The position numbers and the translations under genes are program-made. Positions 26,621 to 41,200 of a DNA stretch of 64,000 bases are shown here, one piece after another. The number at the start of each line of letters is the position of its first letter. Position 1 is the stretch's first letter. Below the pieces are notes generated by a model. The model did not search any database and was not told where the DNA came from. It saw only the letters and a program-made list of their open reading frames with translations. The DNA comes from Hydrolagus affinis (taxonomy: Eukaryota): positions 1 through 64,000 of the forward strand of contig JAAILG010000115.1 of assembly GCA_012026655.1 (NCBI GenBank), written 5' to 3'.

Positions 26621-29600
26621 TTTGGCAGGAAACACAGCAACCATTTTTCACATTGCCCCAATGTCATCAAGATCAAACTATGCCATTGTTCAGCTGTCCA
26701 ATAAGCTACCCTGCATGAAGGGTGCTATATAAATGCAAGTTGTTGTTGTTGAAAGATGGTATTTATGCTAATGCGGTGCTCCCCAAATTGCCCTAGAGTG
26801 CCAGGCTCATCAATAATCTGCAAGATCTGTTTACGGAAGATGAATCAAAACAATCACCAATAATTGGATTCTGCTCCACAGGAAAACTGGAAAAGAGCCA
26901 TCAAGATATGGAAATACAAGTCACGAGTTTCAGTGACCCAGATTGATCCAGCAAGTATCTGCATGGTCAGGGGCAGCAGAGGGTGAAGAGACATTAAATA
27001 CTGAACTAGATCACAAAGCATCTTTTCTCTCTCCACCCAGGGCAAATGCAGATAAGCCTGGATCCACCTCAGTAGTAGTTTGACAATCACATCCCAGAAA
27101 TGATACAGGCAATTAGGAAGTGCCACACCTCTTCGGGGATATAAACTCCTTTAGCTTTAACCATCACCATTTATTATTCCCATCAAAAACCTCATTCATT
27201 CTGTCAGCCTGCTCCTTGAAAGCGATGTATGAACTTGGAACACCCCAAAAGCTTTTCAAAACTATATTTTAACAACTACAATGTAAATAGTGTTTAATAT
27301 GCAAAAATTTTCAATGAGATTCCTCAATTGAAAATATGGACGTACACAATCGATTTAAAGCAGAAACTCCACTCCAGTGAAAACTACCTTCAGATAGAAT
27401 TTATGGGAGTCTGTGGGTTGTGTATTTCTGGTTAACGGAAGTTGCTTGGTTGTCCTTATCAAGGAAACCCACTGGAAATGGCCACATAATAGACTGGGTG
27501 ATTATCAATCAGGGAGAGGAAGAGGAGACCAGACAGCCACATCCATGACATCTGAAAATGTGCTTTGTAAAAATGCTGGAAGTCTTAAGAGGTATTGCCA
27601 GTAATCAGCTGCTTGAACTTTGGTTACGGTGGTTTTAAAGGGAACATACTCTCAGGGAAGGAAGATGACTTCACTCGGTGAGGACATCTGTTGCAGCACA
27701 AAAGGAAAGCGAGACTGCTCGAGTCAAAACCATGGAAGCTTGATTATCTGCCAACTTTAATTATTCACCAGGGGAGAGTGGGGGAGGGAGGAAAGAGAGT
27801 AAGATTTCTGCTGGTATGGTGAACAATCGAGATTCCACTATACTATTAGATGTGTTGGAAACCCATCTGGGGAGAGGAAGGGGAAACCTGAAATTGTAAG
27901 TCTTATGTACAGGGCTGTCTGAGTTCTAAAATGACTGGCCTAGCACCAGATTAAGGAAAGCACTTGTGTGATTTGTATATTTTTTATCCAAAAATAAACT
28001 GCAATGCTGGTTTAGTGATTCCAAGATGAATTCCAGGTTCCTTTTTTTAAAGTGATGTTTTAAAAACAGTGTCTCAGAAAGCTGAATTAATGAGACAAGT
28101 CCATAGGTGTTTACTTTGCACAATCCTCAGGAAGATTAAAGGGAGCAGTGCGCTTTCATTAGCACGGTTGGTGGTAGACCACAACTCTATTATTTTGTTT
28201 CTGCTGCCAACTCACTAATTAAAATTGGATTAAAAAGGTGTTGAATACTGGAGGAGCCCTTTTTATAGTGACAGGAAGACCATCTTCAATAAGAATAGAC
28301 CCAAGTAAACTGTAGAAGTGTGTTCTTCATCATTAACCTTGTTTTCCATTAAGTATAAACAAAATTTTGCTGTATTCTCAGCTCTCTTTTGGTCCTTTCA
28401 TCTTGTCCTTGACCAAGTCTGCTTTCCACCAACACCATCTGCCTCTGTTCCTACCACCATCACTCTAATGCTGCTGTGACCATCATTCATAGGTTTGCTA
28501 CTTACAGACTTGATTTCTACAATGTGTTCCTTGCCAGCCTTCCTTTAATTTGCCATCCAGACTGGCATAGTCTATATCCTTTCCCATACCAGACTGTGCA
28601 ACACTCCCTTCCTTACCAGACATTCCCCTTTTCCTTTCTTACAGATCCTGTTCCCCGCGGAACCTTCCCCTCAGTCCAGCTCGGTGTTGTCTCGGCCACT
28701 GCCAAGCGCTCTGAGAGGCTACCCTGCATGAGGGGCAATATATGTGCAACTTCTTATTGATGGATTGATTTTTAAATCAATGATCCGACCTTCAAATATA
28801 CACAATAATCCCGTCTAATTTTTGTGATCTCCTAAGGTCCTAGGAGTCCTGCTCACGCCCTCTGCTCTCCACAATACAAGTGCCCACTTTCCACTACTCT
28901 CCTCCTCCAATCTCGGTTTCCTGCTCCATCTCCATGAAGCTCTTTGAGACATTTTGTTATGTGAAAGATGCTATACAGGTGAAGGTTGTGGTTGATAGTG
29001 AGGGTAGTATACCTATCACTTCCAAAGGTCCAGAGAAATATGGGACCAGGGGGGTCAATAATATATTATTTTAAAAATGTTATTCCTTTAAGCTTTGAGA
29101 AATCCTTCAGGCTTTTTAGTGTACTATGTTCAATAACATATTTAAAGTGCGATAGAATTTATTTCCACAACTTGTCACAGATGGTGAGCAAGTCTTTTGG
29201 GAATTTCAATAGCATTTCTGCACCAAAATAAACTGCAGTTGCCTAGTGCCAACCAGACTTGCATCTGTAACTGAATAACATGTAGGAAACGCTTACTGCT
29301 GAAGCACTGTCCTGGTGTTATCGACTTACTCTGCTATGCGGAAATGAATAACTCAAAAGACTTTCAAAATATGTCTTCTCTGCCCACTCCAATAGATTGT
29401 GTAAGTCAAATATAGCCTTCCGTTTCAGAGTGTAGCCCAAACTAATAAATGCACTTCTATTGCCTGTAAAACACAGTACCAGTCTCTCTAATCCTAATAT
29501 AATAACAGGAATATAGGATCAGTGCCTGGTCAAATGCAGATTTAAAAACACATATATGTATTTGGCAAACAGTTACCCAATGTCTTGAATTTGCTGACAC

Positions 29601-30529
29601 AATTTCAAACAAGTACATTCTCTAATTTTGGTTTATTTTTAAAGCCCAATTGCGACGCACAATGTCTCTGTAAATTGTAAAGCCGCGAGCAAAGTCTCTA
29701 AATTAGCGAGTGTTGATCACTGGAAGAAAGAAAAAAAAATCTAAGAATTTTAGTGATTAAAGCATAAAAGGAGGCCATTCAGCAAATGTAGCCTACACTG
29801 GCATTAGCTCTCCCAGCAGAGCTAAACCACATTTCACTGCACCCTATTCTATAGTTTCTCTTCAAATACTTATTCAATTCCTACTGTTAGTTCAGCTTCA
29901 AAGAGCCACTTGTTGCAACACATACCACATTCTAATAACTTTATGGTTGAAAACATTTCTTCATATTCCTCAAACATCTAATAACAACAAAAAGATTACA
30001 TTTGTATAGCAGCTTTCAAGTCGGGAGGACGTACCAAAGTGCCGAGGTGAACTTCAGGGTGAATTTTTTTAAAAACTGTTCCAAGTATCCCCACATCACC
30101 TTCACCATAACACCCTCAAAATCATTTGTTGTGTTTCTTGTAAACAAACTAAAGAGCAAGGCTCTTTCCATTTTTCTTTCCAAGCTGTGCAACAATTATG
30201 GCAGATTTGGGGGATCGACAGACTGGTTTACTCTCAGACCTCTGCCTCTGCTAATCAGCTGCCGGGAGGAAAACAAGAACTAGCCTAACTGACTCCTTCC
30301 AATCTGTTCTCTCTTCCTGCAGAGAAGTACCACTTTGTGTGTTCCCACAGCCGTGAGGCAGATTGCAAAGGCAGCAGTGTGGGATTGGGCTCCCCTGTAG
30401 ATACAAACTCCCAGCACTTCAGTTTACATTTTTTCCATCATTTCTGTTTTTTTTCTCCCCTGTTTCAGTTCCAGATTTACATGTAAATAAATAATCATAA
30501 TAAATAATCCTTCAATTAACATGTGTTTG

Positions 30530-30791
30530 AAACACCTCAATGCACTTCCCAATTACACACAGCAGTGTCCCACAAACAGTCGTGGGTTAAGTGATCAATT
30601 TTTTTTGAAGGATTACCCCCAGAAAAGTGATCCGCCAATCCATTGACAGTCGGGTTCCTACTTATCACTAGGTAAACAGAGACATGTGGAGTAAGGAAAC
30701 AAGCCCAACGTATTGCCCTGCCCAGGATTCAAACCCAGGTCCTCTTGATTTCGAGGTGAGTGCTCTAACCACTAAGCTACAGGACTCCACA
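30530..30791 (-). mobile_element. tRNA-SINE, rearranged copy
   Basis: Head at 30685-30791 (GTGCTCTAACCACTAAGCTACAGGACTCCACA) with a partial body. Confidence 0.75.
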
Positions 30792-33700
30792 AAATGTGAG
30801 CTTTGTAGTTGCTGCCTGAGCACTTGGTAATTCAAATAGTATTTCATATGTGGCAATTCAAGTAGTTTTTTTTAAAAAAAGGCAACTTAACATAAAAAAT
30901 AAACCAGGTGGATTGCAGCAGCTGATGGGATAATCATTGCTCTTTGTAGCCTCTCAGATAGACAGTCACTAAAACAACAGAAAACATTAGCCAGAAAACA
31001 AAACCGAGAAAACTAAGAAATAATAAATTTTATGTAGATCTTGAAGAGCATAATTAATTATTTTGTTTTAAGCTTTAAAGTTTCAAAATTTTCCTGTTCC
31101 CAATGATGCATTTAAAACATCATTAGCATTGGAGCAAAATTCTGATTTACAGACCAGAAATTCTTAACAGAAGTCGAATGTAGCAAGTGGCTAAAATTAG
31201 TGTATGTTTGTTTGATGGACATTTTTTGAGTTAATTGAAACAGAATTCAAGAAAAGCTTGAACAATAGAATATGGTTGCAAACCATTGAACCGATTTTAA
31301 TTTTAGACTGCATACGAAAACCAATCTGTTCCAGCTGTCACAGTCTGCATAACTTATGCTTTATCTGGTTTTGTACTTTAACCTGCAAGTGACAGCAACA
31401 GTCAAACTACCAACAGCCCCAGGGAAGACAGACAGATCAAGAGGTGTGACTGAAACATATGGCTAAATATACAAAACCTATTCAAATGCAACTAACCCAA
31501 AAGCGTAGACTACAATTGATGATAAATAAATAAATAAATGGGTTTTTTCCCGGACAGAAAATGAGCTGTCCTCTTGATAGAGTTACATGGACAAAACTTA
31601 AAAATGCATTGTTGAAGGGAATGAATTTATGTTCCACAGCAACGCCACAAACCCCTGCCAATATCAAAGCGAGCAGGAGAACGCACACACAGCACTTTAA
31701 GTTTGGAAGAAAATAAACCAGTTGGGTTGAAACAAGGCAATTTTGTGGGAACAAAAAAAATCGTAACTGTTTAAGGTGCTTCTATTGTGAAAAATATGAC
31801 AAGCACGATACAGCTTTGATTATTCAAACGGCTTGGCAGCAAATAAACATTTCAGTTGACTAAGGCAGTGAGTGAGGGAGACGTGCATTAGTACAACTCA
31901 CAGCTCAAATAAGGGATTGATTACAAAGGCCATGTGCTAAACTTAAGGTTGTATATTTTGTGTACTGTGCTCTGATTCATACCACAAAAATGATTTCCTC
32001 CTAACTTGGAAGAACTCTCTGAAGCTGCCATGGTTGCCATAGAGTTAAACAGCTACAGGCAGAAAAGTTGGAATCACTGACTTCCCAACCAAATCAAATG
32101 CATTAGCTGTTGGCACAGTTCCAATGCGATCTTCCTGCTGAACTGGAAAGTCCAATTGTGTTGCTCTTCTGACACATCAAAGCAATTCAGCCCTGGCCAG
32201 TATATCCTGTCCCTAGGGTAAGGTCCAGTCCTGGCTAGCCTCCTTATCCCTGGGCAAGCTACATTTTCCACCTGTTCCCCTATAAATGAAACTGCTAATG
32301 CTGTGAAATCAACCATATTGGAGGCTTAACAGAGGCAGCCGTCTGTCTCCTGGTGGTATTAAATTCTGGTTTCACTAAGACATATTGCACAAGGGTCATC
32401 AAATTTTATGAACAAAAAAATGCCACAAGTATCGTACTTGATTCGGCTCAAACCCAATTCAAATGCGTTTTAATAAAAGACCCATTTTCCTTCTCACATT
32501 AAGTCACTGTAAGAATTGCTGACGCTCGATTTCTGGTAACTAAATATTAAGTGAGGAGGGAGTGCAGGTAGGCTTTGCGGAACACTGCCATGGTTGGTGA
32601 CAAAAAGGAGCAAAGCTTTCTTGAGGTTTGCCATTCTCTATTAAATGTTTCACCACTGGTTTTATTTCAATGCGGACCAGCTGTGATAACAAAGTCATGT
32701 TCCCACATGTTGAGCTCTTACGGTTGTACATGTGCAATTGTTTCTACATTATCGCGGATGCTTTAGATCCCAGCCCGCAAAGTAAAGGGCGGTATCTGAT
32801 CTCAGGCAGCCTTGAGCTACTTCAGAACTGGTCCTGATTATAGTATCTTGAACCACAAACAAGGCATGTGAGCAACTCAGACACACAAAACAGACTAGCG
32901 CCAGAATCAAACTAGAAACCAGACAGATTCTTGTAACTGGCGGGGGTGGGGGGGGACATTGTAATATCTCGTTCATTGTGGAAGCTTCAACACAAATGGG
33001 AACAGGGTTAACCACCTGCAGTTAGGAATGAAAGGGAAACTGGTCAAGAGTTTAAATGTTCTGCATATTCCACATTGTTGCACAAGGAACAAGACAATAC
33101 CATTAAAAAAAAGTTTCCAATGGGTGCTCTTACAGTCTGTAAATGACCATGTTATCCTTTTAACCCAGCATATTACCTAATTGCTGTACACTGAAATGTC
33201 AACCAATGACAAATGTGTCATTTCTGTGTTTTCTGTGAAGTATAGTGACTGTTTTTGTATGCGAAGGCCAAAGTATGAATACAGTTTCTTAATGTGTCTG
33301 AAGTTGATTAGCTATAAAGTGCTGATTATCACAGGAGTCACTGTAATTTATTGCCATGATGCCAGTTCTATAACAAATTCTGTGGCATGAGTTCATTGGG
33401 TCAATATGACTGCATCAACATAATGCAATGTAGCTGATCCTCATCTAGCGTATTCGTAATCTTGAGATTTTTCCCCCCCTACTTTTCCCTCCTTGCCATC
33501 AAACAGCACAGTACAGCCGAAGGCAGAATAATACAAGCAATGGATTTTTTTTCAAACAATCCCCATTGATACCACTCAGATTATCTAATAAAAGATGGGC
33601 TAATTAGTTCCTGCTTCACCCACAAAGGAAATTAACAATTTTAGGCAATGCTAAGATGCTTCAGAACACAGTTGAGACAGAGGGAGGGGGGACTCAGTTG

Positions 33701-35579
33701 AGAGAGGGAGTATAATTTTACACAAATACAATTTTGTTATTGTTGTAGTGAAACAGTTGGAGCTGTTTATTACTACAGTTTGCAGTCGAGTACAGTATGT
33801 GAATTGTGTGCCTATATGTGTGAGAGAACGCAAGCAGGAAATCCTTACTTGAAGCTGTTAGGAAAAAACAATTTTTTTTGCAGTCCAACATATTCTAACC
33901 CTTCCCAATATATTTAGATCTCCAACACATTCCAACTTTCCACTCAGGCAGGAAATCTTCTGCAAATTCGGATGTTGCAGCACAGATCTCACCAACTCCA
34001 TCAACGTGAAAACCATGAAAGCAGTGTGACAGTCCAGAACTTCTGCAAGAACAGGAAATTCTTCCTTATTTACAGCTGTTCACAGGATAAAGCTACTCTG
34101 CCCACAAGGTCAGCCTGCCTACAGCATTGCTTCCTTATCACAGCAATTCAGCTGTTCTACAGATCCAAGATACCAACAGCTGGACTATTTTTTTCTTTCT
34201 TAATGTTAAGTAAAACGCATTGATTGACATTTTCCATTAGTAGATGCTGTTATTCCACAAGTACTTTCATATTTCTTCTGCAAGTCTGATTCCTAGACTG
34301 CATTTCTAATATCTGTGGCCTCTAGCATTGTATCACATTTAATATAATAATATTTGAAGGAAGCTCGTGTTCCCAGCCTAGTGGATGTTCTGCAAATGAT
34401 CAGCATTCTGAGTTAGTCCAGACATCCACACGGCCTGCTTTAAACCCAAATCGAGAGAGATGCACATTAGCCAAATCACCACAGCCCCTTTCAGCTCACA
34501 GTGGCACATGAAATGGAAAGACTATCTGAATGCACTACTTTTAGCCAGAACTACTTTTAGTAGCATGTAATAATAAACAGAAAATCTCCACCTGGACGCT
34601 GCAAACAGCTGTTTTTCACTGAGCGTTGGAGTGACAAGCAAATATTTCTGGGCTTTCTACTGATCACCCATTCAATAAATAGTTTAGAAGGGAAATGATA
34701 AGCTATGTGGGTAATAATGTCTGTGGAGAGACAGAGGCTGGTTAATGGTACTGGATATCATCAGTTTTGGAACCAGAATACTGTAGTCATCCTGACTGAC
34801 TATTGAAGTAGAGACTGGAAACATGAACAATTATAAAAACATAATGATTCTTTTCTTTTAAAAAATGACTTATTTAAGGTTTCCTGAAAGCAAACACATT
34901 TCAAGATTTTCACAATCCTATCTAATGTATTAATTCCGAGCTATTGTATTAATTAAATATTTGATTGTGATCCATAATGGTCAATGGCCAATCCAATGGA
35001 ATGGGATCCAAAGGATATTTAGTTGATGCATTACCAAAATCTATGTGGCTTCTTTCACCTCTGGTTTCCTGGATTTGAATGCAGGCCAGGCTGGTAGGAT
35101 GCTCTGTAGAAAGATGCTCCAACAGGTGTGGGACCAAAGTACAGTACAAGACTGCACAAGTCTATAATCGGCATTGATTAGACTTTAATGATGGCAAGTG
35201 TTGGAAGAGGCAAAATCCACCCTGTTGCTTAATGTATATTTAATGTGAGATGGGTTTAAAAGCAACATCTGCATCTGACTTGATGTGAGGGCTTGATGCC
35301 AACACTGGATACTAAAGATTTTCGCAGAAGATCCATTCATCCTATTAGTATTCAAATCCAGTTCCTTGAGGCAGGTAATCTGTAAACTGAACTTTATTTT
35401 AATGTATAAACTAAACTGCCATTTAGTCGCCAGTTTGGCTCAGTCGCTATCGTTCTCAACTTTCGGGTCAGAAAGGTGTGGATATAAGTTCGACAATTGG
35501 GAACTGGGAATCAGAACAGTGAAGATCTAGAGAGGATAATGTTATGGAGTGTCACATTATTAAAACAGTGCCTTTCCAT

Positions 35580-35965
35580 GCTGTCGCAATACCTCAAAGC
35601 ACTTCACAGAAACGACTGTAAGGTCTAGTGACTGTGTAAATGCAGATAAACACAGCAATTGCCGGCAATTGTCCCATAAACAGCCATGAAATTTATTTAG
35701 GGGATTCTTAAATCAGGATACCAGGAAAACTCCCCTCTCTTTTTGAATAGTGCCAAGGAACTTTTAAAGTCCACCGAACAGGCAAACAAGACCTTGGTTG
35801 AACATTTCATCTGAAGCACGGCACCTTTGTCAACACACCGCAACCCTGGCACCACACTGATGTGTCCTCTTAGACTATGTGATTCCAAATCCCCCTTTTG
35901 GGACGTAATCCCACAGTGCTTTTGGCTCAGAGGTGAGAGTGTTACCACTGAGCAAGGCTGACACA
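35580..35965 (-). mobile_element. DeuSINE-like element
   Basis: Reverse complement of the 14825 family: AGTGCCAAGGAACTTTTAAAGTCCACC...CTCAGAGGTGAGAGTGTTACCACTGAGC. Confidence 0.65.
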
Positions 35966-37499
35966 CATTTATATTTGTGTGCAGTAGCTAATGTTGAAAG
36001 AAGGAACTGGATAAGTCAAATTTACTACAAATTCTGCTGTTGTTTACATAGAGGAATTAAAAGATGACAGTGCTGCAGTTATCAGTGGATGTATCATATA
36101 AAATCAGTATTATATTCGAAACACGACCATACTCAATTAGCTTTGTTGCTGATCACACTGACTGAAGCTTCCAGTAAATGATTAATATTCATCTCTTGAA
36201 TCCTTTTCCACCTTCATAATGTTTGGCTCTTCCGGCACTAGCATGCAGAGCACTGCATTAATCCACAAATGAACATATCTTTCATGCCGTGGCCCATCTG
36301 CTTAATTGTTCTTTGTGAATGCCGTTGTCAAGAAAGCCATCGACATGAAATGTGCCGCAGACATTTTCGCCCTGTTTGCCGGTCAGACCGAGGATGCTTG
36401 AAGAATGGCGATTTAAGGGTGACAAAATGGGAAAATACAGATTAAAGGCAGCCGAGAGGGGAGGAGGAAGTCTGGAGATTTGTTTGAAATGCAAATACAT
36501 TGTAATCCTTACCACTGCTAACCGCGCAAGTGTTTATGTACCTTCATACCCTGAATAAGGCTTTAGAGTCCATTCGACAACTGTTCGCATGACCAGCTCA
36601 TGTTTCCAACATCTGATATTTTTCCTCTTTCAAACAGATACTTTAGTCAAAGATACTCACGTGCATATCCTCTCATTATAGTCAAACGTCTCTTAAGGGA
36701 AAACAAAAAGGTGCCTCTAACCAAAGACTGAATGGGTAACTGGACAGAAAAATTCCTTTCTGACAGTTGTTCTGTTCAATTGCTCAAATAATATACCAAA
36801 AGTACAACATATAGCACACATAGATACTGTCTATTTGCTCTAACACAAAGGCCATCAATGCCGAACAAAAGACTTGATGAAATCCACTGCTTTGTTCTCG
36901 TACTCATCCTTGAACATTAGCCCGCATTCTTCATTGCAACCGGTTTGAAGGCAATGAAAGATTTCAAAAGGGCTACGAGTTTTAAAGCTAACAAATCAAG
37001 TCTCATCTGCTTGGAAAATGGCAAACGAATGAAAAGGCTGAGTAGGCCATTTTATAGTATATTTTCTGTATATACACACATATACGCTTTCTACTCTATA
37101 ATAGCAAGCTTTATAAAGTAACACACAGAACTTTATCAATTAAACTACAAGACTTTAAATACGTTTTTTCACATGCAAACCATGCTGTAATCAGAATTTT
37201 GCCTGGAAAAGGTGGAACCCAGTGAGTCATCCAGCTCCTCAGGGCCAGCATTAGATTTTATTATTAAGAAACAATATCTGGGGAAAAAACTATAAGAGCT
37301 GCTTACTTTATCAAATACATATTGGTAAGAATTGAATGTTAAACATGTAGATTTTTAAAATATATATATATATATACATAAATCCTGCACACTAAGTACG
37401 ATTGGAAATGACAATCAAGGAAAAACATACGAGGGAATGTAAGTAATACAATTATGTATGTACAAGTAAATGCAAATATAGATTTGAAACCCAGGTTCC

Positions 37500-38221
37500 T
37501 TCCTCCCACAAATCCACACCATGACTGGCATTGCCTTCCACCACCTCTGCAACATCGCCAGACTCCACCACTGCCTCAATGCTGCCGAAACACTCGTCCA
37601 TGCATTCATCACATCAAAGCTCGACTACAGGAACTCTCTCTTCGTCGGCCTACTCAGCTCCTCCCTTCACAAGCTGCAGATTATTCAGAACTCCGCAGCT
37701 CGTGTACTCTCCCGCACTAGGCTCTGTGACCACATCACTCCCACCCTCGCCCGTCTCCACTGGCCTCCCATCCCCCAGAGCATCGAATTCAAGATCCTTG
37801 TCCTCACCTTCAAGGCCACTCATAGCCTTGCCCCCGCCTATCTCTCCGACGTGCTGTCTCCCTATCAGCCTGCCCGTCCCCTCCATTCAGCAGCCTCTGG
37901 CCCGCTCCATATCCCCCGCCAGAACCACCCACCATAGGTGGCCGGGCTTTCAGCCTCTCTGCCCCCACACTCTGGAACTCCATCCTGCAAACCCTTCACC
38001 TCGCTTCCTCCCTTTCCTCCTTCAACGTCGGTCTCAAGACCTTCGCCTTCGACCGTGCCTTCTGCTGCCCTCCTAACTCTCCCCACTTTCCTGCTCTCCT
38101 TCCCCCACCCCTAACCCGACCCTTCCCCCCCTACCTGCTTGGATCCCAACCTAACTGTTCAACGCCTTGGGACATCCTCCCGACGTAAAAGGCGCTCTAT
38201 AAATGTAATTTGGTTGTTGTT
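37500..38221 (+). mobile_element. L2-clade LINE, 5'-truncated, with ORF2 C-terminus and intact 3' tail
   Basis: ORF 37521..37937 (AFHHLCNIARL...AETLVHAFITSKLDY.NSL...[12 protein letters not shown]...[21 protein letters not shown]) is the typical L2 post-RT region. Ends GGCGCTCTATAAATGTAATTTGGTTGTTGTT. Confidence 0.92.
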
Positions 38222-41200
38222 ACAGTGAGTTTTAGGGCCACAAAACACTCATTTGGTACACTGCAAGTTTTAAATTTTGTCAGTTAAAATTCATGCATCT
38301 TCAACAACCCCTGTGGGAATGTACATTGTGATATCAGTACTTTTTAAACACAGCCCTCAGTCTGAGAAAAGGAATAAACTATTCCAGAGCTAGCATGATT
38401 TTTATCATCAGGCTGATCTTTATTTACAAACAAGAAAATGTGGAACAGAAAGCTCACCGCAGCTAAAAGGCAGTAATGTCCAGAGACTTTCTGGGAAACC
38501 CACTGAGCTGCCAAAAAAAGGGGCCGTGAGTAGTATATACAATAGGAAAGTAGTGGTTTGTGGGGAAAATAAACGGAAACAACACTGGGATCAATATTCA
38601 CAAGATCAAGAGCCACAGCTGAGATTGTGCCACACAAACACACACATCCTGAGATACACATCACATTTACACCACACCATAGAAGCAATTAAAATATTTT
38701 CCCCAGCATGGATCGCAAAGCTGAATACACCATGTATTTCATCATAGCGTTGATTTAGTCTTTTGTAAGCAATGTAAACAGTGGGGCCTCCTGTACATGG
38801 TGATCTCTTCATTTCAGAACGTGGGCAGACAAGCAGACATTGAACTGGGTGGTTGCATTGCAGGCAGAGCAAACAGAAGAGAGGGTCAAAAGTAAAAAAA
38901 AACAACGCATTTTGAAAGCAACATGTTTTTTTGATTATTTGAGGAGGGCACAGACTGGTGGTGAGTGGTAGAAAGAGGCTTCCACGTGGCAGCCTTCAAC
39001 TGTTTGACATCCCCAGCTTAGTCCTGGAATGAATGATAGCGATGACAGTAAAAAAAACATAGGAGATACATGTGTAGTATTGAAATTAAAGCACAAGCCA
39101 CTCAAATATACTGGAACTGAATATCACTTAAATGCAGTGTCCACACTAAAACCCAGGAGAGATACAATGTACACTAGTCATCTTTGCAAATGTTTGACAG
39201 AAAACAAAAGCTTCAGGTCTTAACGCACTAACTGAAAGGAATACATTCATGTTGATATGAAGTGAAACTGCAATTTCATTAAATATAAAGGAACCTGCAA
39301 TACAAAAAACTCATTGAAGTACGAGTCACATAAAGAGCAAGAACACATGTGGAAAAAACCCAAGATAGTTAATCTTTCAAATTTCACATCTTCCCTGTTC
39401 CATATTCAGTCATTCTGTATTTGTTCTCTGGAACTGCAAGCTGGGTCTTTGTCCCTCCCACTCATTCAATACTGATATTAAGGTCTATTCAATTGCACTT
39501 TGGGCCACTCTGCTTTCCTCAGCTTCTCACTGCTCCAGGATCCAGCTCCCAAACAGCCATGTGAAGCACTTCGAGATGTACTCCTGACAGAAAAGTTGCT
39601 GTATCCATTTATTGTCATTGTTTTTCAGAACAATCAAATTCAAAGTATTGAAGTTAAATCCGTTTTTTTCTCAATGTGTTTCGTTACAAAATACTCCTAA
39701 CTCTAATTGCCCGAGCTGCAGCTACCAATCAAGGATTTAGCAGACAAAATAGTGCACTTTAGTGTTTCACCATGTATTCCAGGCAGAAATTGCTGGTTTA
39801 TATTTCAGAAGCAATATAAACCTTTAGATCAATTTCAATTATACACACGCGATCTTGGTTTAATACTGATTGTAAAAAAACTAAGGATTTTCTGTCACTC
39901 TGCTCAACTGGGGAATAGATAAATACTGCAGTATTTACAAGACTTAAAGGGTAGTAAAATGTGTTTGATAAACTGTCACTTGGCTGCAGTAGAAGAGGCA
40001 GCATTAAGAACTAATGCTGGGCACATTGTGGAAAGAAAGGGGGAAATGATCTTGCGAAATCCTACAATATAGCCATGATCTAAAGCTAGGAACTCCAACA
40101 AACGCTTTGTTTGTCTAATCAATCTTCCCCATTATTACTCATATTTGCAGTTAGATAGTGCACATTGTTAAGACATCCCAAATTGCTTCACCAATATATT
40201 GTAAAGTGAATCAACTGTATATTTTGTGGGTGAATAAGAAGAGTTTGATCTTGAAGATGACCAAATCATGGCTGTGGACCCAAAAGACTAAACCATCTCA
40301 TAAGAATGGGATAACTATTCTTTTTATTAATGAATTTATACATGATTAAAAACAAAGTCTGAATTGGGGTTAAGTTGAGCAGAGCTGCAGGCATATGTGT
40401 AGCTTTGGACAGAGGATTCTAAATTGTACAATGTATGCAGGATTCCTAATGTCACAGTAATTCAGGAAAGATATACTCATCATCCAGATCGAGTGAGTAA
40501 CATGGGGATATTCACACACTGGCAGGGTATTCAAGCTTGTCTTGAGGTGATATAACTATGTGGAATTAGTATAGTACTGAGAAGTAGTATATCAATAGAT
40601 ATTAAACAGCTTTACAGATCTGAATTATTTCTTGATTCACAAATAGGAAAGGAGAAAAGTACCACAGTTAAAAAACTATTTTTAAGAACTGATATCTACT
40701 CCGCCCCCTCCCAAGAGGATGAATAAAACAAATTGCACATTCAATTTTGTACATTTACACCAACACAAAAGGAACAACGCACATAAATATAACAAAACTA
40801 TCAACATCAGTGCTTGAAAAATAACTCAATACACTTGAAAAAGGCAACACAATAGAAAACGCAATTTTCTTCACAAGCAAACGACTTTAACAACGCAGGA
40901 ACATTATTCAGCATCAGATCTATCCTCAAAAAGAACACATTGACTTGCGTAACCTTTGCAAAATTCTCAGCTACAGGGGAACAATTTAAGATGCCTTCAA
41001 TCAATGCTTCATTTCTGATAATTACATCAGGAAACCGCAGAATGAAACTAGTTATGTCTGAACTCACTAGGCCACAGGTGTACACCATTTAACGTAGTTA
41101 TTGCTGGTTTAGACAAATTCATTTTGTACACAGCAAGTCCTCACACCCAACCACAAGGAGAATGATTAATTCATCTGGTGAATTTTTTTGTCGAGATACA

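Noticed and set aside
26850-28230. Possible solo LTR or decayed coding sequence
   Set aside because: Composition differs slightly from the flanks, but I found no TG...CA ends with a TSD, no splice-bounded frame and no recognisable domain.
37454-38086. Cluster of long overlapping ORFs suggesting a nested gene
   Set aside because: All arise from one GC-rich, frameshifted L2 LINE remnant.
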